A stretch of DNA of 64,000 bases from an uncultured Saprospiraceae bacterium (GCA_937951615.1 CALFBH010000004.1:63228-127227); one strand, 5' to 3'. Shown: positions 19,803 to 30,965, counted from the first letter of the stretch. Notes: a model not told the origin generated them from the sequence alone. Numbers and translations: made by a program.

Positions 19803-20780
19803 ATGAACATGAAAACAACAACTTTTATTATTGCGATAAGCATCAGCTTATGTGCCTGTTCTTCCGCATTTTTTGCCTGCGAACAAGAATCTTTGGATGA
19901 CATTATTGACCATTGTCTGTTCAATAACACAGAACTTTTAGAAGACCATAATATACTTGGGTCCAGTAGCGGAATGCAGCAATGGCAGGTACTCGGCCCA
20001 GACTACCAGCATCCGCACTTCAACCCAAACAACCTCAATGAAATTGCTTTTCAGAAAAGCCGGGAAATATGGATTATAGATATGTGCACAGGAGAAAAAC
20101 GACTACTGATACCAGACTATGTCTCCAGCCTCTGGGACTGGGGCAAGACCGACTGGCTGATTTATACCAATACCGGCATGGATTTGTACAAAATAAAATC
20201 CAATGGCGACAGCCTGACCCGATTGACCACTTATGGCATATACAACACAAATGCACTCTTCAACTCTACAGGGGATAAGTATGTGTATAGAAAAATCATG
20301 GACGCCGAGGGTTTTTCGATTATTGCTAACCTTGACGGTGTTCATCTGGATACTATCGGTGGCCCTATGCGCTCGGACAGGATGCATTGGTTTGAAGATG
20401 GGAGATTATGTGGCAGAAACAGCGAAGGCATTGGATTTATTGACATTGCTTCTTTTGAAATGACCGCAATCGATTTTATTTATCTTCACTTCACCGTATA
20501 TGGGGCGCATTATTTGTATGATGATGCAAGTATTCTGTGGGGTACAAAGCAGTATTTGTTTCGTACAAATGTCGATACAGGCGAGCGTGCTATCATCAAA
20601 CAAGGAAGTGTTTCGCAGGTTTACCGAGAGTTTGATGTATCGCCCGACCAAAGTACGATTTTGGTCATTCGCTCCGATATGACACCTGGCTCGCCGAGTT
20701 ATATTATTGAGGAACGCAAACATCTCTGCCTGATGGATATTGACGGGCGGCATGAGCGACGGATGATGATTGACTGGTAG
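19803..20780 (+). CDS. TolB/PD40-like beta-propeller lipoprotein, paralog of 18548-19687
   Basis: Lipobox FFAC; shares FNPNN.N.IA, DWL.Y, YKIKSNG, DVSPD and L...DG..ERR with the upstream gene. Confidence 0.8.
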   Translation: MNMKTTTFIIAISISLCACSSAFFACEQESLDDIIDHCLFNNTELLEDHNILGSSSGMQQWQVLGPDYQHPHFNPNNLNEIAFQKSREIWIIDMCTGEKRLLIPDYVSSLWDWGKTDWLIYTNTGMDLYKIKSNGDSLTRLTTYGIYNTNALFNSTGDKYVYRKIMDAEGFSIIANLDGVHLDTIGGPMRSDRMHWFEDGRLCGRNSEGIGFIDIASFEMTAIDFIYLHFTVYGAHYLYDDASILWGTKQYLFRTNVDTGERAIIKQGSVSQVYREFDVSPDQSTILVIRSDMTPGSPSYIIEERKHLCLMDIDGRHERRMMIDW

Positions 20781-20938
20781 TCATTATCTAGTTTTATTAA
20801 CCAAATACAACATTTCCGCATAAAAAACCGCCAATGTCTAGCAGGATATAAAAAATTGTGTTTTCTTTGTTGTGCAAATTTAAAAACAATCATTGAGGAG
20901 TATTTTTTTCCTCCAACCCAATAGTCGTCCATAGGGAA

Positions 20939-21874
20939 ATGATAAGTAGAAGAAACGTTCGCATCAAAGTGATGCAAGTATTATATGCTATGAATCGCGA
21001 TGCAGCCGTCACTGCTCGGATTTCAAAAAAGCATTATGACGAGAGTGTAGAAACCTCGTACAGGATATATTTGCTTAATGTACTTCAATTGTACAAGTTA
21101 GCAGAGTATGTATTGCAGGATGCCGAATTGCGCAAGAAAAAGCATCTGCCTACCGAAGAAGATAAAAATCTTTCCACTAAGTTATTCCACAATCCTGTTA
21201 TTCAAACCATCGCCAACAGTGATGCGTTTAATACTTTAGTAAAGAAGCATAAGCTCTCTAAGCTACTGGACAGTGATTTCACTCGAAAGATGTATCTGGA
21301 GTTTTCTAAGTCAGATCTCTTCAAGACCTACCAACGCAATCAGGAGACTCAATTGGAAGATGACCGCGAATTATTGCTGGAAATGTACAAATTTCTGGTC
21401 AAGCATGAGCTGTTTGAAGAGCGTCTGGAAGACTATTTCACGAGTTGGCAAGATGACAAATCTCTTGTCGTTGGTGCTATGAAAAAAACCATCAAGCGGG
21501 CCAACGGAGAAGAATACTTCCATGAGCAACACCTTCCAGAAACGGAAACGGTTAGAGAATTTGGTGAAGACCTGCTGCATAAGGTCATGACTTTTGATAC
21601 TGATTTGTTGGAATTGATTGAGCCGATGTTGCAAAACTGGGAAGCCGAGCGCGTTGCTATCCTGGACATGATTCTGCTCAAAATGGCGGTTTGCGAATTG
21701 CTTCACTTTGAAACCATTCCAACCAAAGTCACGATTAACGAATACGTTGATATTTCTAAAATTTACAGCACGCCAAAAAGTAAAGAGTTTATCAATGGCG
21801 TACTCGACAAGCTGATGAAAAGGTTACAGGAGGAAGGTAAAATCAATAAAGAAGGACGTGGGCTGAAAGACTAA
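20939..21874 (+). CDS. nusB: Transcription antitermination factor NusB
   Basis: MISRRNVRIKVMQVLYA; IPTKVTINEYVDISKIYSTPKSKEFINGVLD. Confidence 0.95.
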   Translation: MISRRNVRIKVMQVLYAMNRDAAVTARISKKHYDESVETSYRIYLLNVLQLYKLAEYVLQDAELRKKKHLPTEEDKNLSTKLFHNPVIQTIANSDAFNTLVKKHKLSKLLDSDFTRKMYLEFSKSDLFKTYQRNQETQLEDDRELLLEMYKFLVKHELFEERLEDYFTSWQDDKSLVVGAMKKTIKRANGEEYFHEQHLPETETVREFGEDLLHKVMTFDTDLLELIEPMLQNWEAERVAILDMILLKMAVCELLHFETIPTKVTINEYVDISKIYSTPKSKEFINGVLDKLMKRLQEEGKINKEGRGLKD

Positions 21875-22062
21875 GTAGTCTCAGTAGCAGTCTTAATTTC
21901 CAATTCCGAAAACTTCATTTCACACTTTTAAGAAAATCTTAATTAGTGGCTACATCTCTATAAAATCTAATCCAAACTGTTATTTTTGTGCTTTCCACAC
22001 AAGAAAAGCAGCTTCTTTCCGTTTGTAGTGGGCTTTTACATTTGAAAATAGTGAACTAAATT

Positions 22063-22986
22063 ATGAATTACACAGTAAAAATTATTTTGTTGGGCTGTAT
22101 GTCTATTTTATTGACTGCCTGCATTAGTAAAAAAGAATACGCAAAAATCCAGACTCAACTCGCTGATGCCAATAAAAATCTGGATGAGTATGGAGAGACG
22201 GTCAATGATTATATGACAAAATTATCTGCCTGCGAAAGAAATGCAGAAAAACTCAAAGGACAGGTAAAAAGTGCCAAGGGCAATCTCAAGTTGCGCGAAG
22301 AGCAAATTAAGGATTTGAAAGATCAGGTTTCGGATGTCCGCACACAACGCGACAAGCAGTTCAATCAGGTGGACGACCTGACCGTTCTGACTCAGGAAGC
22401 CAACCAGAATATTGAAAAGACCTTATCTCAATTAGAGCGCAAAGACAAGTACATCCAATATATACAGGAAGCCAAAACCAAGGCAGATTCTATGAATTTG
22501 GCATTGGCTGTCAATCTGAAAAGTGTATTGGAAGACGGCATTTCTGATGCAGATGTACAGGTAGAAGTGGATAAAACAGTGGTTTTTGTAAACCTATCCG
22601 ACAAAATGTTATTCCACAGTGGCAGCTCTATCGTCACACAAAGAGCAGATGAAGTACTGGGTAAAATTGCTAAAATTATTCAGTCGCGTCCTACCCTAGA
22701 AGTGATGGTGGAAGGCTATACAGATAATGTGCAAATCAGCCGCCCTTGCATGGAAGACAATTGGGATTTGAGTGTCAAACGCGCTACTGCGGTTGTTCGC
22801 AAATTGCACAAAGAGCATAATGTAAATCCTAATCGCCTGATTGCTGCCGGACGTGGAGAGTATAATTCGCTTACGCTAAATGATACAGAAGCCGGACGCG
22901 CCATGAATCGCCGGACACGCATTATCATTCTGCCAAAACTAGATGAGTTTTACGAATTGCTTGATCCTAATAATGTGCCGAAATAA
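22063..22986 (+). CDS. OmpA/MotB-family lipoprotein with coiled coil
   Basis: Lipobox LTAC; VEGYTDN, NWDLSVKRA, GRGEY, NRRTRI. TACATTTG -7 element at 22037-22044. Confidence 0.9.
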   Translation: MNYTVKIILLGCMSILLTACISKKEYAKIQTQLADANKNLDEYGETVNDYMTKLSACERNAEKLKGQVKSAKGNLKLREEQIKDLKDQVSDVRTQRDKQFNQVDDLTVLTQEANQNIEKTLSQLERKDKYIQYIQEAKTKADSMNLALAVNLKSVLEDGISDADVQVEVDKTVVFVNLSDKMLFHSGSSIVTQRADEVLGKIAKIIQSRPTLEVMVEGYTDNVQISRPCMEDNWDLSVKRATAVVRKLHKEHNVNPNRLIAAGRGEYNSLTLNDTEAGRAMNRRTRIIILPKLDEFYELLDPNNVPK

Positions 22987-22996
22987 TTAATTATGA

Positions 22997-23061
22997 ATGT
23001 GTTAATTACGAATTACGAATCTACGTCCAATTCGTAATTATCAGATTCGTAATTCGTAATT
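22997..23061. repeat. AATTACG/CGTAATT inverted heptamer repeat element
   Basis: (AATTACG)n followed by (TTCGTAA)n; similar blocks at about 40066-40130 and 50214-50246. Confidence 0.7.
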
Positions 23062-23068
23062 AAACACT

Positions 23069-23614
23069 ATGAAATATATTTCCATGCTTCGCGGCATCAA
23101 TGTCGGCGGTAGAAAGAAGATCAAAATGGCTGAACTTCGGGAGATGTATGTCGCCCTTGGTTTTGAGGACGTGAACAGTTATATCCAAAGTGGCAATGTT
23201 GTTTTTGACTATAAAAAAACGAAGCCCGCTGAACTGGAAGCACAGATTAAACAAGCCATTCAGGATACTTTTGGCTTTGATGTTCCAGTACGCATCAGGA
23301 CAGCGGACGACTTTAAGCACATCATCAATAGCCATCCATTTTTTGATGCGGAGCAGGAATTGAAATTATTTCACGTTACTTTTTTGGCGGAAGCCCCAAA
23401 TACTGAAGCCCTTCAAAGCATTGCTGATTTCCAATATAAAGAAGATCTTTTTCAAATTGATGGAGACAAGATACACCTCTACTGCCCCGGAGGATATGGG
23501 GAAACTAAGCTATCCAATAATTTTTTCGAGCGTAAGCTCAAAGTTTCTGCTACAACTCGAAATTGGAAGACTGTTTTGAAATTATATGAAATGGCTATTG
23601 CGGATTGTCCATAG
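23069..23614 (+). CDS. DUF1697 family protein
   Basis: YISMLRGINVGG..KMAELR..YIQSGNVVF; C-terminal TTRNWKTV. Confidence 0.92.
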   Translation: MKYISMLRGINVGGRKKIKMAELREMYVALGFEDVNSYIQSGNVVFDYKKTKPAELEAQIKQAIQDTFGFDVPVRIRTADDFKHIINSHPFFDAEQELKLFHVTFLAEAPNTEALQSIADFQYKEDLFQIDGDKIHLYCPGGYGETKLSNNFFERKLKVSATTRNWKTVLKLYEMAIADCP

Positions 23615-23743
23615 TCCATAGTCCATAGTCCGCAGTCGATGGTTGTTTGATGGATAAAAAAATGAATTCATTCATTTTTCACACATTTTGCGAAGCAAAA
23701 TAACATGCATTTTCTATCGACCATGGACCATGGACTATCGACC
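23607..23743. repeat. Heptamer-armed palindromic element (GTCCATA/GTCGATG family), copy 1
   Basis: (GTCCATA)3 arm, core ATTTTGCGAAGCAAAAT at 23685-23701, inverted arm ATCGACCATGGACCATGGAC. Confidence 0.75.
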
Positions 23744-23752
23744 AAAACCAAG

Positions 23753-24571
23753 CTACCTCCCCCCCACATCCACAGCTTCATATTCAGGAAAGACAATCTT
23801 AACACCATGTTCCTGTAAAGCAGATTTAATATTTTTATACACGCCATAATAAACTGCCCAGTAATCTTCTGGCTTGGCATAAGGATAGACATCCAAATGA
23901 ATATTATATTCTCCAAAACTGCTGATTTCTACTTCGGGAACTGGTGTATCCAGCACTTTTGGCGTAGCTCGAATAGCTGCTAGAATAACGCCTTGGATGC
24001 GTTCAAAATCCTCTACATAAGCCATCATAATACTCAAGTCTATACGCACATAATCAAATGCGGAGCGATTCACAATAATACCATTGGTCACGACACCATT
24101 TGGAATGATGATTCGCTTGTTTTGAGGCGACCGGATGACGGTATTGAACACCTCAATTTCTTCAACATGCCCCAGTTTTCCTTCAATTTCTACGAGGTCT
24201 CCTGTTTTGTATGGCTTAAATAACAAAATCATCACGCCAGAAGCAAAATGCCCCAGTGTCCCCTGTAGTGCCATTCCAACTGCCAGTCCCAACATGCCCA
24301 GTAAAGCAATGAAAGACGTGGTTTCTATGCCTAGCATTCCGGCAACACTTAGTATCAATAAAACTTTAAGAATGACACTAACCAGAGAAGATAAAAAAGG
24401 AACAACATCTCCATCTAACCCTGAACGCTCCATAGAACGGCGAATGACAACCATCAGCCTGCCAATAATCCAGAGTCCGATAATTAAGACCAGAATTGCT
24501 CCTACTAAACGTGGTGCCAGGTCAATGAGCTGCCCCAGCCAAGATTCCGCTTTCTCAAGTAATAATTCCAT
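23753..24571 (-). CDS. mscS: Small-conductance mechanosensitive channel
   Basis: Three TM segments; GLAVGMALQGTLGHFASG, KPYKTGDLV, IIIPNG. Confidence 0.92.
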   Translation of the reverse strand: MELLLEKAESWLGQLIDLAPRLVGAILVLIIGLWIIGRLMVVIRRSMERSGLDGDVVPFLSSLVSVILKVLLILSVAGMLGIETTSFIALLGMLGLAVGMALQGTLGHFASGVMILLFKPYKTGDLVEIEGKLGHVEEIEVFNTVIRSPQNKRIIIPNGVVTNGIIVNRSAFDYVRIDLSIMMAYVEDFERIQGVILAAIRATPKVLDTPVPEVEISSFGEYNIHLDVYPYAKPEDYWAVYYGVYKNIKSALQEHGVKIVFPEYEAVDVGGR

Positions 24572-24716
24572 AAATTATTAATGTTTTTTGTTTATTAAAT
24601 GTACAAATCAAATAGACTATAAAGCAGGTTAAATAATTGGACAACAGCCCAATATCCTAATTCAAGCCATAAACACAAGTATACGAAATTATTTCAAATA
24701 AGATTCAAAACACGTT

Positions 24717-25898
24717 CTAAAGCACTTCAAATAAGCCCGCAGCGCCCATGCCGCCGCCTACACACATGGTAGAAACAACATATTTCGCGCCCCGACGCTT
24801 ACCTTCAATCAAGGCATGAGCCACCATTCTCGAACCACTCATTCCATAAGGATGCCCAATAGAAATAGAGCCGCCATTGACATTTAAAATATCATCCGAA
24901 ATTCCCAGGCGTTCTCTGCAATAAATAACCTGTACTGCAAAAGCCTCATTCAATTCCCACAAGCCAATGTCTTCTATCTTTAATCCGTGTTGCTTCAATA
25001 ATTTTGGAACAGCAAAGACAGGTCCGATGCCCATTTCATCCGGCTCGCAGCCCGCTACCGCTATCCCTCTATAAATCCCCAATGGCTGAATGCCTTCTTT
25101 TTCTGCCAGCTTTCGTTCCATCAATACACAGGCAGAAGCTCCGTCCGATAATTGACTAGCATTGCCTGCTGTTATCGTTCCACCTTCAGTCACTAGGCGC
25201 AATCCTGCTAGTCCTTCCGCTGTTGTTCCAGGTCGATTGCCTTCATCTTTTGCAAGCGTCACTTCATGATAAGTGATTTCTTTAGTTGCTTTATCCATCA
25301 CAGCCTTGGTGGTTGTAATTGACATAATTTCATCATCAAATTTTCCAGCTTCCTGGGCTGCTGCGGTGCGCATCTGGCTTTGATAGCCATAGGCATCCTG
25401 CTGCTCTCTGCTGATATTGTATCGCTTCGCCACGACTTCTGCAGTTTGTAACATCGGCATATAAACGTGTTTATGAATGGCGACCAAGTTTTTATCCAAT
25501 GCTCTGTGCAAGTTCATATTTTGGTTTTGTACCAGGCTCACGGATTCCAGTCCTCCACCTATCACAATGTCCATCCCATCATACATAATCTGCTTGGCTG
25601 CTGTAGCAATTCCCATCATACCAGAAGAACACTGGCGGTCAATACTCATGCCACTTGTCGTCACAGGAAGTCCCCCTGCCAGAGCAGCCAATCGACCGAT
25701 ATTTCCGCCTGTTGTTCCCTGCTGCAAGGCACAGCCCATCACCACATCTTCCACTCGTGCCGGGTCTATTCCAGCTCTTTTCACTGCTTCCCGAATGGTC
25801 CAACCTGCCATGGTAGGCGCATTGGTATTATTCAAAGCACCTTTATAGGCTTTTCCAATTGGCGTTCTTGCCGTAGATACGATAACAGCTTCTTTCAT
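24717..25898 (-). CDS. Acetyl-CoA C-acyltransferase (thiolase)
   Basis: [37 protein letters not shown]. Confidence 0.95.
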   Translation of the reverse strand: MKEAVIVSTARTPIGKAYKGALNNTNAPTMAGWTIREAVKRAGIDPARVEDVVMGCALQQGTTGGNIGRLAALAGGLPVTTSGMSIDRQCSSGMMGIATAAKQIMYDGMDIVIGGGLESVSLVQNQNMNLHRALDKNLVAIHKHVYMPMLQTAEVVAKRYNISREQQDAYGYQSQMRTAAAQEAGKFDDEIMSITTTKAVMDKATKEITYHEVTLAKDEGNRPGTTAEGLAGLRLVTEGGTITAGNASQLSDGASACVLMERKLAEKEGIQPLGIYRGIAVAGCEPDEMGIGPVFAVPKLLKQHGLKIEDIGLWELNEAFAVQVIYCRERLGISDDILNVNGGSISIGHPYGMSGSRMVAHALIEGKRRGAKYVVSTMCVGGGMGAAGLFEVL

Positions 25899-26011
25899 CT
25901 TGTTTTATTTTTTTATACTCGTCAATAAAATTCTAATAGGTATGAATGGTTGAAGTTACTTTAATTTTTAAAATTAAATACGTAGGTTTATAAAAACATT
26001 GGAGAATTATC

Positions 26012-27430
26012 ATGCAAGTATCAAAAAGCACCAAATTATTATACGGACTAGGTTTTTCTGCCCAGGGTATAAAAGATGGATTGTTTCAGGTTTTTCTGTT
26101 TTTTTACTTCAATCAGATTTTGGGGTTAGACCCAGCACTCACGGGTACAGCAACCATCATTGCCTTGCTTTTTGATGCCATTTCAGATCCGCTTGTGGGC
26201 GTCATTTCCGACAATTGGACATCAAAAAAATGGGGGCGACGTCATCCTTTTATGTTTTTATCGGCTATTCCTATGGGCATTTTTATCTGGCTACTTTTTC
26301 TTCCGCCGGAAGGTCTTGGACAGATGGAACTATTCTGGTGGATGGTGGTCTTTACTATACTTGTTCGTATTTCACTCACCTTATTTATTGTCCCTGCGAT
26401 GTCGCTTGGTGCGGAGCTTTCGACCGACTATGAGGAACGGACTTCCATTACCAGTTTCCGCGTGATGTTTTCGGCATTTATGTCTACAGTCATTATATTT
26501 ATCGGTTTTTTAGTCTACTTTGTGCCTACAGAAGAGTACGAGCGTGGTTTGATGAACAAAGAAGCCTACCCCAAATTTGCCCTGCTGAGTGCCATCGTTA
26601 TTATCATCTGTATTTTTATAAGTACCTGGGGCACCAGAAAAGAAATCCCCCGATTGCAGGCGGCTTTGGATCAACAACAACGTCGTGCCGTTTCTCTTGG
26701 GCAGTTGTTCAGCAACTTAAGAAATATGATCAAGTTGAAATCCTTCAATTCCCTAGTCATTTATACTATGATTGTATATATCGGTCTTGGGATAGGGACA
26801 GTTTTCACGACTTATTTTATGGAGTATTATTTCAAATTGAGTAGCACTGAAATGATTATTCTACCTATAGCCTCAGGTCTAGGTGGTATATTGGCACTTA
26901 TATTTACGCCTATTCTTGCCCGAAAATTTGATAAGAAAAAAACGGTCATTATCAGTACCATTCTATTTGCCTTCTTTTTTTCTGCGCCTTATAATTTCCG
27001 CTTATTAGGTCTATTTCCCGAAAACGGTGATTCCGCCTTAATCTGGTTATTTTTCTTAGCTGTCATGGGGGGCTATATGTTTTTGTGGGCAGTATTGAGT
27101 CTCGTCAATTCCATGATGGCCGATGTCGTAGATGAATACGAACTCAATGCACAACAAAGGGATGAAGGCTTGTTTTTTTCCGTCTTATCTTTTGCGTATA
27201 AAATGACGGTCGGTGTAGGCTACTTTGTAGCAGGTATATTACTCAAAGTGATTAGTTTCCCCAATACCCCAACAGAACAAGCGATACCACAAACAGCGAT
27301 AGACGGACTAGGCAAAATAGGCGGTCCATGCTTGCTGGCAATTTACCTGGCTTCAATCTTCTTCATTATTATGTATCCAATCAGCCGCAGCAGATATAAA
27401 GAAATTAGAACTCAATTAGAATCAAAATAG
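26012..27430 (+). CDS. MFS transporter, GPH (MelB-like) family
   Basis: DAISDPLVG.ISD..WGRRHPF, ELSTDYEERT, MMADVVD; about 12 TM segments. Confidence 0.9.
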   Translation: MQVSKSTKLLYGLGFSAQGIKDGLFQVFLFFYFNQILGLDPALTGTATIIALLFDAISDPLVGVISDNWTSKKWGRRHPFMFLSAIPMGIFIWLLFLPPEGLGQMELFWWMVVFTILVRISLTLFIVPAMSLGAELSTDYEERTSITSFRVMFSAFMSTVIIFIGFLVYFVPTEEYERGLMNKEAYPKFALLSAIVIIICIFISTWGTRKEIPRLQAALDQQQRRAVSLGQLFSNLRNMIKLKSFNSLVIYTMIVYIGLGIGTVFTTYFMEYYFKLSSTEMIILPIASGLGGILALIFTPILARKFDKKKTVIISTILFAFFFSAPYNFRLLGLFPENGDSALIWLFFLAVMGGYMFLWAVLSLVNSMMADVVDEYELNAQQRDEGLFFSVLSFAYKMTVGVGYFVAGILLKVISFPNTPTEQAIPQTAIDGLGKIGGPCLLAIYLASIFFIIMYPISRSRYKEIRTQLESK

Positions 27431-27435
27431 AAAAA

Positions 27436-28464
27436 ATGCCAATACTCTACATCCTAGCAATCCTCATATTCGGCAGCATAGCCTTATTCTTCCTATTCAC
27501 CCAATCAGACCTACTTCCCAAAAGTACCATAGAACGCATCAAGCAAACAAAAGAAAGCAGCATCCCAGAACGCATCACCGGGCAAACAGGCATTGCTCAA
27601 AACGGCAAGATTAAGATCTTCTATGAAGTTCTGGGCAGCAGCAGTTCCAAAGGAGACATCCTACTCGTAAACGGACACACCCATTCCCTCATCGCCTGGC
27701 CAAAACACTTCTACCAGCCCCTCATTGATGCTGGCTATCGAGTCATTCGATATGATAATCGCGGCATGGGCAACAGCGACTGGATGAAAAACTGGACAAA
27801 ACAAAATGCTTACAAGCTCGAAGACATGGCAACAGACGGTATTGCGGTACTCAAAGCACTGGACATCGAAAAAGCACACATCATCGGCATGTCTATGGGC
27901 GGGATGATTGGACAAAGAATGGCGATTAGCCACAGTGAACATGTTCATTCTCTGACTTCCATTATGTCTACCGGGCATTATTTTGACAAAAAAGAAAAAA
28001 ATACCTCCTTCAAATTTTACAAAGGTTTTGTCCGAAATGTTGTCGCTTATAAACCCAATCCAAAAATCGAAGAAAGTACAGTCAAACTCTATGTCGCAGT
28101 TCAGCGTCTCCTTGTCGGAAAAGGCAATTATGATTTTGATGACCAAAAATATATCACAGACACGTTTTACGAAATCAGACACAGAAACGGATTGAATCCA
28201 AAAGCTGGACTCCAACATTCAAAAGCCATAAAATTATCAGGATCAAGGCTGGAAGAACTAGACAATATCAAAGCACCGACACTCATCATACATGGCACAG
28301 ATGACACCTTGATACTGATCGGACAAGGCAAAAAATGCGCCTCAAAAATACCAGATGCAGAGGCTTTGTATGTAGAAGGCATGGGACACGATCTACCCGA
28401 CATTTATATGGATAAAATTCATTCAGCAATATTCAAAAACATTAATTTGGTGATTGGAGATTAG
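27436..28464 (+). CDS. Alpha/beta hydrolase with N-terminal anchor
   Basis: RYDNRGMG, nucleophile GMSMGG, HGTDD, GMGHDLP. Confidence 0.9.
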   Translation: MPILYILAILIFGSIALFFLFTQSDLLPKSTIERIKQTKESSIPERITGQTGIAQNGKIKIFYEVLGSSSSKGDILLVNGHTHSLIAWPKHFYQPLIDAGYRVIRYDNRGMGNSDWMKNWTKQNAYKLEDMATDGIAVLKALDIEKAHIIGMSMGGMIGQRMAISHSEHVHSLTSIMSTGHYFDKKEKNTSFKFYKGFVRNVVAYKPNPKIEESTVKLYVAVQRLLVGKGNYDFDDQKYITDTFYEIRHRNGLNPKAGLQHSKAIKLSGSRLEELDNIKAPTLIIHGTDDTLILIGQGKKCASKIPDAEALYVEGMGHDLPDIYMDKIHSAIFKNINLVIGD

Positions 28465-28562
28465 TAACTGGTGATTAGAAATTAGGGACTGGTGATGGGT
28501 AATGCTCATTTATCACATTTGGAATTTGGTACTTTTTAATTTTGAAATTTTAAACAATAGGA

Positions 28563-30965
28563 ATGATAAAGACTCAAAATAAAACAATACATTTCACAGC
28601 AGAACACGAGTTATTCAGACAAAGTCTTCGGACATTTTTACAAAAAGAAGTCCAACCATACATCAATGAATGGGAAGAGCAACGAAAAATTCCCAAATCC
28701 ATCTGGAAAAAAATGGGCGAAATGGGTTTCCTCGGCCTATCCTACCCCGAAGAGTATGGCGGCATGAACCTAGATTTTTTCTATGATGTGGTGTTCAATG
28801 AGGAAATAGGAAAAATGAATTCTGGCGGATTTGTCATCACCCAGCAGGTCGTTCAGTATATGTCTGCCCCTTATATTTTGAAATACGGAACAGAGAAATT
28901 AAAACAAAAATACTTGCCTGGACTCATCTCTGGCGACCTTATTTCCTGCATTGGCATCACCGAACCTAGCGCAGGCTCTGATGTACAAAACATTCAAACC
29001 AAAGCCATTCGGGAAGGCGATTATTATGTGGTCAATGGCGCGAAAACGTTTATCACGAATGGCGTCTATGGCGATTGTGTCGTCGCAGTGGTCAAAACAC
29101 CCAATGAAGCTGGCAAAATGGTCGTCAGTTTACTTGTTATCGACTTGAATACAGAAGGCGTCAGTCGCAGAAAGCTCAAAAAACTCGGCTGGCATGCCTC
29201 CGATACTGCCGAGCTGAATTTTGATCATGTCAAAGTCCCTGTAGAGCACCTGATTGGTGAAGAAGGACAAGGTTTTCATTATCTGATGAATGGCTTACAA
29301 TTGGAACGGCTCTGCTTTATTCCTGGCAGTGTTGCTAACATGGAATATGCTATTGACGAAGCCTTAACATACATGTCAGAGCGTATGGCTTTTGGTCGTT
29401 CACTCAATAAATTTCAGGTCTTGCGCCATCGCATTGCCCAACTCGCATCGGAAGTCGAAGCCCTAAAAGCATTTTCTTATTACTGCTGCAAATTATACGA
29501 CCAGAACGTTTATGATGTCAAACTTTGCTCTATGGCAAAACTGCTTTGTACTGAATTACACGAAAAAGTAGCCACACAATGCCTCCAGTTTTATGGCGGT
29601 TATGGATTCATGGAAGAATACCCAATGGCACGTATGTATCGCGATGTACGAGTCGGCACGATTGGTGGCGGCAGCTCAGAAGTTATGCGGGAAATTATTG
29701 CAAAAATGGTCATCGACGATGTGGCTTACGCCAAAGCAGCAGGCAATATTCGAGCAAATTCAAATGCAGAGAATCCTATCTCCCCTTTCAAAGAAGAACA
29801 TCAATTATTCCGCCAGGCAGTCCAGGATTTTATGGCAAAAGAAGTCAAACCCTATATTGACCAATGGGAAAAAGACGGAGAAGTACCAAAAAACATGTAC
29901 AAAAAATGCGGTGAAATGGGCTTATTCGGACTCGGGTTCGCCGAGGAATATGGCGGTTCTAATGCAGACATCTGGTACACTGTCGTTCTACACGAAGAAA
30001 TGGCAAAAGTCAATTCTGGCGGATTTGCAGCAGCTATGGGCGCACACTTTTTCCTCGCCCTCGTACACATCAACGGAGAAGGCAATGCCCAACAAAAACA
30101 AAAATATCTACCCCCCGGCATAACAGGAGAATTGATCGGCTGCATGGCGGTTACTGAACCCTTCGGCGGTTCAGATGTCAAAGCCCTCCGCACAACAGCA
30201 GTCCGAGAAGGCGATCATTATGTCATCAATGGTTCAAAGACGTTTATCACCAATGGCGTACTCAGTGATTATATTGTCGCAGCAGTAAAAACCGCCCCAG
30301 AAAAAGGTGCACACGGACTCAGCATGATACTCATAGAACGCGACCGCAAAGGCGTCTCTGCCACTAAGCTCGACAAGCTCGGTTGGAAAGCATCCGACAC
30401 TGGTGAAATTGCATTTGATAATGTCAAAGTCCCCGTAGAAAATTTGCTCGGCAAAGAAAACAGTGGCTTCTATTACATCATGGAACACTTTGTATCTGAA
30501 CGACTCTCTATGGCAACTGGCTCTGTCGCAGCTGCCGAGCATGCCATCGAACTCACCTTGCAATACATGAGCGAACGCGAAGCCTTTGGAAGACCCATCA
30601 ATAAATTTCAGGTACTCCGCCACCGCATCGCACAAATGTCTGCCGAAATTGAAATGAACAAACAATTTATATACAGTTTATACCAAAAATTTGAAGCCGG
30701 AGCATACTTAGTCAAAGAAGCATCTATGGCAAAACTCCTGGCCACCAAGCTATCCGACAAAGTAACGTTTGAATGTCTTCAAATGTACGGAGGCTATGGC
30801 TACATGGAAGATTATCCCATGGCCAGAATGTGGCGCGATTCAAGACTCGGACAAATAGGCGGCGGCACCTCAGAAATACTTTGTGAAATTATTTCAAAAA
30901 TGATGATAGAGGTAAAAGGTTATAAAACAGAAAAAAGAAATTCCAAAAGAGCAATGAGTGATTAA
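28563..30965 (+). CDS. Tandem (double-domain) acyl-CoA dehydrogenase
   Basis: Two complete ACAD modules: TEPSAGSDV/TEPFGGSDV, NG.KTFITNG, KLGW.ASDT, ERL, GGYG(F/Y)ME, IGGG(S/T)SE. Confidence 0.93.
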   Translation: MIKTQNKTIHFTAEHELFRQSLRTFLQKEVQPYINEWEEQRKIPKSIWKKMGEMGFLGLSYPEEYGGMNLDFFYDVVFNEEIGKMNSGGFVITQQVVQYMSAPYILKYGTEKLKQKYLPGLISGDLISCIGITEPSAGSDVQNIQTKAIREGDYYVVNGAKTFITNGVYGDCVVAVVKTPNEAGKMVVSLLVIDLNTEGVSRRKLKKLGWHASDTAELNFDHVKVPVEHLIGEEGQGFHYLMNGLQLERLCFIPGSVANMEYAIDEALTYMSERMAFGRSLNKFQVLRHRIAQLASEVEALKAFSYYCCKLYDQNVYDVKLCSMAKLLCTELHEKVATQCLQFYGGYGFMEEYPMARMYRDVRVGTIGGGSSEVMREIIAKMVIDDVAYAKAAGNIRANSNAENPISPFKEEHQLFRQAVQDFMAKEVKPYIDQWEKDGEVPKNMYKKCGEMGLFGLGFAEEYGGSNADIWYTVVLHEEMAKVNSGGFAAAMGAHFFLALVHINGEGNAQQKQKYLPPGITGELIGCMAVTEPFGGSDVKALRTTAVREGDHYVINGSKTFITNGVLSDYIVAAVKTAPEKGAHGLSMILIERDRKGVSATKLDKLGWKASDTGEIAFDNVKVPVENLLGKENSGFYYIMEHFVSERLSMATGSVAAAEHAIELTLQYMSEREAFGRPINKFQVLRHRIAQMSAEIEMNKQFIYSLYQKFEAGAYLVKEASMAKLLATKLSDKVTFECLQMYGGYGYMEDYPMARMWRDSRLGQIGGGTSEILCEIISKMMIEVKGYKTEKRNSKRAMSD

